Virus record (IMG/VR): IMGVR_UViG_3300025030_000039
Location: 124,878 to 188,877 of that record
DNA: 64,000 nucleotides
Reading direction: 5' to 3' (one strand)
Source of the DNA: a virus
A program made the position numbers and the translations under genes. A model generated the notes under the pieces. The model worked only from the letters and a program-made list of their open reading frames with translations. It searched no databases and was not told the DNA's origin. Positions 57,725 through 64,000 of the stretch are shown here, piece after piece. Numbering within the stretch: position 1 is the first letter of the stretch; each line of letters begins with the position of its first letter.

Positions 57725-57899
57725 CTATATCTAAATGATATTCTAATTGATCTAATGAATTTATAAAATTATTAGATATAAAAGTATTAGATAATCTTGC
57801 AATAATATAATCTTTTTTAACATTAAGAGTATAAAATTTATCGCATCCTATAAGAAAATCTAAAAATTCTTTTTCTATATGTTCTATTTTTTCAGCCAT
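57678..57899 (-). CDS. hypothetical protein (73 aa)
   Basis: ORF. Confidence 0.3.
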   Translation of the reverse strand: MAEKIEHIEKEFLDFLIGCDKFYTLNVKKDYIIARLSNTFISNNFINSLDQLEYHLDIDDKCFKFKRAQHYKF

Positions 57900-58069
57900 A
57901 ATATAAATTTAGCGATTAATATTCCAACAACAATAAATATAGCAGCAAGTATAAACATCGAAATACCTATAACAAATTTAAAGATAGTCATTCCAATTAT
58001 ATATGCGCATATAATAATAATAATTATTACTACCGAATATAAAATTAATTTTATTTTATTTTTTATCAT
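57884..58069 (-). CDS. small two-transmembrane membrane protein (61 aa), holin-like topology
   Basis: Two hydrophobic helices and a basic C-terminus KFILWLKK. Preferred over the antisense ORF 57879-58124 because the upstream motif sits at 58120-58150. Confidence 0.35.
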   Translation of the reverse strand: MIKNKIKLILYSVVIIIIIICAYIIGMTIFKFVIGISMFILAAIFIVVGILIAKFILWLKK

Positions 58070-58119
58070 CTTATCTTTTATTAATCGGTTTCTGACGTAT
58101 CCTAATTATTTTAATTATT

Positions 58120-58150
58120 GGTAAATATAATAAAAAAGTTTTTAATTAAA
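58120..58150 (-). promoter_or_regulatory. conserved upstream motif, instance 5 (GGTAAATATAATAAAAAAGTTTTTAATTAAA)
   Basis: Motif family. Confidence 0.45.
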
Positions 58151-58164
58151 ATTTAAAGTTTAAT

Positions 58165-58479
58165 TTATTTCCAGTCGGCATTTGGCTTATTAAATTCTTC
58201 ACTATAATCAGGATCGGGATGAGCTATTTGATCTTTATATTCTTCTTTTAATTTATCTTGTTGTTCTAATAAAGCATTCCAATTATACATTACACCTGAT
58301 CGTTCTTTTATACCAACTTCTGTATAATTAAAATGATCTTTAGATAAAAAATCATTATGCTTAATTTTATTAATGATAGCTTTGCCTCCAGCAAAATCGT
58401 CTTCTCCTCTATATACATAACATGCGCCTGGAACATAAATTTCTTGTCCTTCTATTGGTTCAATTTTTTTATTTTTCAT
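58165..58479 (-). CDS. hypothetical protein (104 aa)
   Basis: ORF. Confidence 0.4.
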   Translation of the reverse strand: MKNKKIEPIEGQEIYVPGACYVYRGEDDFAGGKAIINKIKHNDFLSKDHFNYTEVGIKERSGVMYNWNALLEQQDKLKEEYKDQIAHPDPDYSEEFNKPNADWK

Positions 58480-58589
58480 AATCTAATATTTCTTTTAAAT
58501 TAATTTTTATACCTTCTTTTTGACCATTTAGATGTTCGACGTATAAATTATTACTGTCTAACAGTAATTTGTTATAAATTTAATAATTA

Positions 58590-58620
58590 AAATAAATATA
58601 ATAATAAAGATTTTAATTTA
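58590..58620. promoter_or_regulatory. conserved upstream motif, instance 6 (AAATAAATATAATAATAAAGATTTTAATTTA)
   Basis: Motif family. Confidence 0.4.
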
Positions 58621-58690
58621 AAAATATTACTAAATTTTATATAAAACTATAAAGGCTTAATGATATATAAATAAATTAATATTTTAAACA

Positions 58691-59104
58691 ATGGAAGATT
58701 TTAAGTTACTAAAACTGTCAAGAGCGTGTAAAGAGTTTAATGTTACTAGACAGACTTTATATAATTGGAAGGAAAAGGGTGTGTTGAATTTTGTAAAAAT
58801 CGGTGGTTTGAATTTTATAAAAGAAGAAGATATAAAAGCATTAATTAATAAATAATTGAAGACAATTAAGTTGTCATATAAAACTTATAAAGATAGATTA
58901 AGTAGAATAGGTTTTGATTTTTTAAAAACACTTTTTGAGAAATTTACATGTGAGATAGAAGTTATATCTGAAGTAGGTTCTGCTAAACTTGATTCTGAAG
59001 AAATTTTTGAGGAAATAGTTCATTTACTTCATTGTTATAGTATGAAATTGTACTCAAGCAGACGTAATAAAAATATAGAAGACATATGCAAAGTGGAGAA
59101 CTAA
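58691..59104 (+). pseudogene. tnpA: IS607 TnpA serine recombinase remnant: HTH (58691-58855), in-frame TAA, then a C-terminal fragment (58856-59104); the catalytic core is deleted
   Basis: HTH LKLSRACKEFNVTRQTLYNWKEKGVLNFVKIGG. C-terminal fragment DRLSRIGFDFLKTLFEKFTCEIEVI...EEIVHLLHCYSMKLYSSRRNK matches resolvase C-terminal conservation. There is no YARVSS catalytic Ser region. Confidence 0.55.
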
Positions 59105-60327
59105 CTCAAGTAGAGAAACATATACTTACTTCATCTGAACTTTATGACTTAACATTTAAAGCAAAAAATCTTTATAATGCTGCTTTATGGATCATAAGAC
59201 AATCGTTCTGCAAAACTAAAGAATTAAGACACGAGTCTAAAATGATCTTCTATAACGAACTTTACACTTTGATGAAAGATCATGAAGCATATAAAGCATT
59301 ACCTGCTGTGGCTGCTTAACAAATCTTAAGAACTCTAGACAAGAACTTCAAATCTTATTTCATGTTCATTAAAGATTGGAAGAAAAATCCATCTAAATAT
59401 TTAGGTATGCCAAAGCTTCCTAACTACATGAAGAAAGATGGTCATGCAACTTTTGCAATTCCAGGACAAACTTTTAGAACATTAAAAAATGGATTAACAA
59501 TACCAAAAACTAAAGAAAAGTCATCTAACATAAAAACTAAAGTAACTAAAGAAAAATTAAAAGAAGTAAGAATCATACCACTTTCACAAAAAAATAAAGT
59601 AAAAGTAGAAGTAATATATTCTAAAGAAAAACAAAATCTTAATTTAAATAAAGAAAATGCAATAGGAATTGACATTGGTGTAAATAACTTAATGGCTATA
59701 ACTTCAAATCAGATAGATCCTCTAGTATGTCTAATAAATGGTAGACCATTAAAGTCAATAAATCAATATTTTAACAAAAAATCTACAAAACTTAAGTCAG
59801 CTTTAGAAAAATGTCAAGGAAGAAAAACATCAAGAAAACTTGAGAAATTAAATCAAAAAAGACAAAACAAAATTGATGATTATCTTCATAAAGCAAGTAA
59901 GAAAGTTATTGATTTATGTAAAGAAAATAACATCGGGACTATAGTTATAGGTCATAATAAAGAATGGAAGCAAGAATGCAACTTAGGAAAAGTTAACAAC
60001 CAAAACTTTATTCAGTTGCCTTTCAATAAGTTAATTGGTATGATAACTTACAAAGCAGATTTAATTTCTAATGATGTTAAAGTTTCTGAAGAGTCTTACA
60101 CAAGTAAAATTGATCATCTTGCTAATGAAGAAATGAAAAAACAAGAAACGTATAAAGGCAAAAGAATAAAGAGAGGATTGTTCTTAAGCAGCATTTGTAA
60201 AGTACTTAATGCAGACACAAATGGAAGCATCGGTATCTTAAGAAAAAAGAAAGCAGTTTCTAAAGAGTGGCTTGCCACTGTAGGAAATAGAGGTTGTGTG
60301 TATCAGCCATTTAAAATAAGTTTATAA
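59086..60327 (+). pseudogene. tnpB: IS607-type TnpB with an in-frame TAA (59317-59319) at a conserved Gln position
   Basis: ...YKALPAVAA*QILRTLDKNFKSYF is continuous in a single frame. RuvC-I GIDIGVNN, RuvC-II SEESYTSK, RuvC-III LNADTNGSIGI; no Zn finger. Confidence 0.6.
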
Positions 60328-60416
60328 TTTAAGTAGAACTAAAATAATAGTTTGAATATAAATTTAAAACAAATTTTAATAAAGTTTAACAAAAACGATA
60401 CATAATATTTTCATAA

Positions 60417-60860
60417 TTATCTGTTATACCAAATTATTGTATCAAATTCTTTTCTAATATTTCCTTTTTTAATATCAGATGGATAAATTTCAATATTAGT
60501 TTCTTGATTATCTTTTACGTAATGTCCATATCCGTCATAATTTATAAATCCACCACCTTTACAACAACCTATAAATTTTTTAAGAGACATAACATCACCA
60601 TATGTTGGAAGTTCAGATAATTCAATAGGTCTATTCATGCGTTCAACAATACTTAATTTTCTTAATTCTATTAAAGCATCTCCACATGCAGCATCTTTTT
60701 GTTTATTATATTCTTCGAAATTTTTTAACATATCATTTGGTGCTGCTATATTTAAATTAGCTCCAAACCAATATGAATCAAATTCTTGAATTAACACATC
60801 ACATTTATCATCTAATTCTTCAATGTGTTCTTTAAGTTTTTTGTATTCTTCTATTTCCAT
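60417..60860 (-). CDS. hypothetical protein (147 aa)
   Basis: ORF. Confidence 0.4.
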   Translation of the reverse strand: MEIEEYKKLKEHIEELDDKCDVLIQEFDSYWFGANLNIAAPNDMLKNFEEYNKQKDAACGDALIELRKLSIVERMNRPIELSELPTYGDVMSLKKFIGCCKGGGFINYDGYGHYVKDNQETNIEIYPSDIKKGNIRKEFDTIIWYNR

Positions 60861-60862
60861 TT

Positions 60863-61258
60863 TTATTTTAATTCTTCTATTGTAAAATATTTTTCATCTA
60901 ATAAATAATCTCTTAGTTTCATTAATTCTTTTTTATCCCAAGGTTCATTTTGTTTTTTAAAATGTAATAAACTAAAATTAATAAAATTATCGTCAAATTT
61001 ATAATTACATTGTTTTTCTACATTATCTATAGTATCTATTAAAAATTTCATATGACCATACGATATCATATATTTTAGTCTTGTAAAAATAGCAGTTTTA
61101 GCAGAACCTATATTTTTATATACTTGTGCTCCACCTATATCGAAACGTCTACCTTTTCTATCTTTAATGATATACATTGGAACTCTTCCATACATCATAA
61201 GTTCTACTAAATCATTTAAGAAAATTTTATTTTTTTCTTCTAATAGTTTATGTTTCAT
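60863..61258 (-). CDS. hypothetical protein (131 aa)
   Basis: ORF. Confidence 0.4.
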   Translation of the reverse strand: MKHKLLEEKNKIFLNDLVELMMYGRVPMYIIKDRKGRRFDIGGAQVYKNIGSAKTAIFTRLKYMISYGHMKFLIDTIDNVEKQCNYKFDDNFINFSLLHFKKQNEPWDKKELMKLRDYLLDEKYFTIEELK

Positions 61259-61719
61259 TACTTTATTATTTTATTAATAAGTTTTAAATTTTTACAAATT
61301 TTATAATTTAAACCATTCATTTTTAATACTTTAATATCAATATCGCTTAAATAAAAAGCTCTAAATGCCATAATGAAATATATCAAAATTAAAAATTGTC
61401 CAGTTATACTTAATATTATAACAGCAATAATCCAACCAATCAGTGGCATAATTGATATAATTGATCCTAAATAAGAATTAGCACTATATGATATTTGCAT
61501 ATTATATGTAGTTAGTGTATTTCCCTCTATTTTTAAGAAACATAAATTTTTAATTTTAATATCATTTGCTAAAAATATGAATAATAAATGCATGCACTCA
61601 TGAAATATAAAAGCTGGAATTTCATAAATAGCTCTAATTATTTCAAGTGTTACCACTATTCTAGTTCTAATATCAACGCCTGATTTTATAAATAATATAA
61701 GTTCTTTTAATTTAGTCAT
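61258..61719 (-). CDS. small polytopic membrane protein with an HExxH motif (candidate intramembrane metalloprotease)
   Basis: FHECMHLLF lies in or beside a hydrophobic helix; three more transmembrane helices follow. Confidence 0.4.
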   Translation of the reverse strand: MTKLKELILFIKSGVDIRTRIVVTLEIIRAIYEIPAFIFHECMHLLFIFLANDIKIKNLCFLKIEGNTLTTYNMQISYSANSYLGSIISIMPLIGWIIAVIILSITGQFLILIYFIMAFRAFYLSDIDIKVLKMNGLNYKICKNLKLINKIIK

Positions 61720-62533
61720 GATAATTAAACCCTCTTATACAAGATGCACAATTTGAAATAAATGTATTATAAAAAACTTTATTAAATTCTTTAAATCGTT
61801 CGTTGAATCCTCCATTTAAATGATTTTTAATGTTATCGTAATCCCATACTCCAAATCCACATTTATATATTTTTCCTAATTCATCTATAAGAAAACTATA
61901 TTTACGATCAGGTTTATGACAATAGCAAGAAAACGATGAATAAACATTATATTCAAATTTTGCTCTACCAATAGGAACAATAGATTCATCATTGACAATA
62001 TTTTCGTCATCTATATAATAAATAATATTATGATCAGTTAAAATATGTTGAGCATCTTCTATATATCTATTTGTATGAAATTTATCATTAGATAATGCAA
62101 GGTGAATATTTTTAAACTGTGAAATAAATTCAGCGAAAGATTTATCATGTTTAACCCAATCGGAATTAGTTACAATTCTTGTATGTTTTACAGTTGGAAT
62201 TAATTCAGATAAAATTTCTTTATAGCTTGGATTACAAAATATTTCACCACCCATTAAATTAATTTTAGTGATTGATTGATTATTTTTTATGAATATTGCA
62301 ATATTTTTAGCAGTTTCTATAGTCATCATATCATTGCTAATAGGTGAACAACTAAAACAACAATGATTACAACTCTGTGTACATTTAGTTGTTATTCTTA
62401 TAGTAGCAGAAAGACCGGCTCTTTTAGGACATTCATCTTTTAATTTACATATTTCACAATTACATTCACATTCATCATGTTCTGATTTACATTTACATTC
62501 TAAACAAATATCACAAGGTTTAAAGTTACTCAT
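61712..62533 (-). CDS. radical SAM enzyme with an N-terminal Cys-rich extension
   Basis: CTQSCNHC is the CxxxCxxC cluster, and MGGEIFCNP is GGE-type. Eleven further Cys residues lie in the first 35 aa (CDICLECKCKSEHDECECNCEICKLKDEC). Confidence 0.65.
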   Translation of the reverse strand: MSNFKPCDICLECKCKSEHDECECNCEICKLKDECPKRAGLSATIRITTKCTQSCNHCCFSCSPISNDMMTIETAKNIAIFIKNNQSITKINLMGGEIFCNPSYKEILSELIPTVKHTRIVTNSDWVKHDKSFAEFISQFKNIHLALSNDKFHTNRYIEDAQHILTDHNIIYYIDDENIVNDESIVPIGRAKFEYNVYSSFSCYCHKPDRKYSFLIDELGKIYKCGFGVWDYDNIKNHLNGGFNERFKEFNKVFYNTFISNCASCIRGFNYHD

Positions 62534-62599
62534 AATAATTCTTTTAAAGATTCAATATCATTTATAAATAAAGATATTTCATATTTATTTAAAATAATA

Positions 62600-63160
62600 T
62601 TATTTTTTATTTTTTTCTTTCATATATTCCTTTAAATGTTTATGCCTTTTTAACCATTCAGGAGTATCTTCTTCTAACATATTATCTTTATGCTCTTCAC
62701 AATACCATTTATCATTAATATCTTGTGTATAGCATGTTGGTTTATCACATATACAACACTTAGTTGTAGGATCAAATGCTTTTGAATTAAAAAGATTACA
62801 ATGTTTACAAATACCAGCACCGTTTCTATAATGTCTTCTTTCAAATTCATGATTAGTGCAAGACTTTATTTTAATAAATTCATTCCATGCTTGTTCTTCG
62901 GCTTCTTCAATAGATGACCCTTCTCCTCTTATAAATGTTGATGGATCATTTGGAAATGCTTCAAAAAATGCGGTGATATAAGATTTTTTATCAGCTACAG
63001 CTTTTCCTAATTCAGTTAAAGGATCTTCTGATGTTATTGTTTTTTCAAATGATCCACTTGCTAAAACTATTCCATGACCTCCACATTGTACTCCACAATC
63101 TTCAGGCCAATCTTTTTTACAATCGTATTCTTTTCCAAATGATCTTCTTGCTTTTTTCAT
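62600..63160 (-). CDS. Cys-rich hypothetical protein (186 aa)
   Basis: CGVQCGG...CTNHEF...CKHCN...CCICDKPTCY...CEEH. Confidence 0.4.
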   Translation of the reverse strand: MKKARRSFGKEYDCKKDWPEDCGVQCGGHGIVLASGSFEKTITSEDPLTELGKAVADKKSYITAFFEAFPNDPSTFIRGEGSSIEEAEEQAWNEFIKIKSCTNHEFERRHYRNGAGICKHCNLFNSKAFDPTTKCCICDKPTCYTQDINDKWYCEEHKDNMLEEDTPEWLKRHKHLKEYMKEKNKK

Positions 63161-63345
63161 AATATTCCTAATTCTATAAGTATTGAACTAAATCCATGTT
63201 CGCAATGTCCATCAGGTTCTATTCTACAACCATCACTACATACAGAAGGAACTACAGATTGCATTATATATAATTCCATTAATTCATGAGTAGTTTCTAC
63301 ACCTTCGTTTAAAGCCACTTGTTCTATTGCTAATTTTTTCGACAT
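63157..63345 (-). CDS. small Cys/His-rich protein (62 aa), candidate metal-binding protein or peptide
   Basis: CSDGCRIEPDGHCEHG; overlaps the upstream gene by 4 nt. Confidence 0.35.
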   Translation of the reverse strand: MSKKLAIEQVALNEGVETTHELMELYIMQSVVPSVCSDGCRIEPDGHCEHGFSSILIELGIL

Positions 63346-63348
63346 ATT

Positions 63349-64000
63349 TTAAATTTTTTCTTCTAATTCTCGATGTATAAATCTAGTTACTCCTATAAAT
63401 TCTTCAAGATCATCTAAGTCTTCTCCAAATATTAAAAAGCCATGATTCTTTAAATTTATACAAAATAATCCAAGTTCAAGTTCGATATCTTCAAGCCAAG
63501 GTCCTATAATTTCAAATACTGCATCAACTTCGCGTAAATCACCACATGGATAATATTGTTTAGTCATCCATGCACCTTCTATATATGCATGACCATGAAT
63601 AATATATCTCATTGATGGAAATCTTTTATAAAGTTCTATTTGAACAGGAGTATCCACACTTGGCTTTAAATTGCTATCAGTATATAAAATTTCATTATTA
63701 CCTTCATAAGCATATACAAAATCTTCAGGCTTAATAAAATCTTTAGGCATATTTCGTCCAGATACTAAAATTCCATCATCTAACTTTTTAGAAGGAAATG
63801 TAAATGAACATCTAGTAGAAGCATTTCCAAAATATCTTCCACCTCTTTCTTTTTCTATTTTTTGAGCTACTATTTTTACTATATCACAAAATTTTTGTTC
63901 AGGTTTTAAATCTTGATTAAGAAATTTTAGTTTTTCTTGGTCTGATACACTATCAAGCCAATCTACAACATCTCTATTTGGTTTTTTAGTATGAAACCAA
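63349..64000 (-). CDS. class II aldolase/adducin-like protein, partial (the frame is open to the window end, so the true N-terminus lies beyond 64000)
   Basis: YIIHGHAYIEGAW is an HxH metal-site-like motif. The in-frame translation continues upstream of the track start (…GRNMPKDFIKPEDF…). Confidence 0.4.
   Translation of the reverse strand, partial: WFHTKKPNRDVVDWLDSVSDQEKLKFLNQDLKPEQKFCDIVKIVAQKIEKERGGRYFGNASTRCSFTFPSKKLDDGILVSGRNMPKDFIKPEDFVYAYEGNNEILYTDSNLKPSVDTPVQIELYKRFPSMRYIIHGHAYIEGAWMTKQYYPCGDLREVDAVFEIIGPWLEDIELELGLFCINLKNHGFLIFGEDLDDLEEFIGVTRFIHRELEEKI

Larger units (their letters stand above)
58691..60327 (+). mobile_element. degenerate IS607-family element (tnpA remnant plus tnpB with an in-frame stop)
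   Basis: A MerR-like HTH ORF, a serine-recombinase C-terminal fragment, and an overlapping TnpB reading frame (tnpA and tnpB overlap by 19 nt). Confidence 0.65.

Noticed and set aside
161-59319. Alternative genetic code (TAA read as Gln) to explain the in-frame TAAs
   Set aside because: The great majority of well-supported genes, including both ligA pieces, DnaJ, the ABC genes and the fibres, terminate cleanly at TAA with sensible C-termini. A global reassignment is therefore untenable. What remains is local decay or rare readthrough.
1-64000. Eukaryotic giant virus (mimivirus-like) origin, suggested by AT richness, TnpB-like genes, LRR and repeat proteins, NAD-ligase and DnaJ
   Set aside because: The window shows long co-directional operon-like gene runs with translational coupling, a P2 gpV-type spike, a LysM gpX-like tail protein, Rho-independent-type hairpin terminators, and OmpA_C and ABC-importer genes. 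I did not notice any AAAATTGA early-promoter motif. Together these favour a bacterial or phage context.

Overview
This 64-kb window is extremely AT-rich (roughly 20-25% GC by eye) and very gene-dense. About 90 plausible genes are almost all transcribed on the minus strand in long co-directional runs, often with start and stop codons touching or overlapping by a few nt; this compact layout is typical of phage, prophage or mobile islands. Features I can support from the sequence: (i) A tail/baseplate-like structural module at 2.5-12 kb. It includes a gpV/gp5-type OB-fold spike whose apex carries an HxH motif, and a LysM (gpX-like) protein. Two ~90% identical IS1341-type tnpB insertions and a leucine-rich-repeat gene interrupt it. 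(ii) A cassette of six fibre / receptor-binding-like proteins at 16.8-29.8 kb. Four of them share an anchor motif (N-terminal in three, internal in one), and the cassette also contains a DUF285/BspA-like repeat protein and a Zn-finger-less TnpB-like gene. (iii) An AAA+ ATPase, and an NAD-dependent DNA ligase split exactly between conserved motifs by a homing-endonuclease-like ORF, which looks like a gene in pieces. (iv) A mix of cell-like genes: a 4-domain ribosomal protein S1 homologue, a CDF cation transporter, a KxDG nucleotidyltransferase (ligase-like), a type-II DnaJ, a hexapeptide acyltransferase, a GNAT, an SLT-type lytic transglycosylase, a NitT/TauT-type ABC transporter whose substrate-binding protein is fused to an OmpA domain, a radical-SAM enzyme beside Cys-rich small proteins and a membrane HExxH protein, and a class-II-aldolase-like gene that runs off the window end. 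(v) A decayed IS607 element whose TnpA has an internal deletion and whose tnpB has an in-frame TAA. (vi) A paralogous family of five proteins that begin MKYIKEY-x-DF-x-NE, two of which also share a C-terminal ADDFGF motif. (vii) A conserved ~25-nt motif that recurs 10-110 nt upstream of six minus-strand start codons, a ~70-bp intergenic element present twice, and several strong hairpins. No rRNA, tRNA or CRISPR array was found. The source is probably a large phage or prophage-like element, or a mobile region of a very AT-rich bacterium; I cannot tell which from sequence alone.
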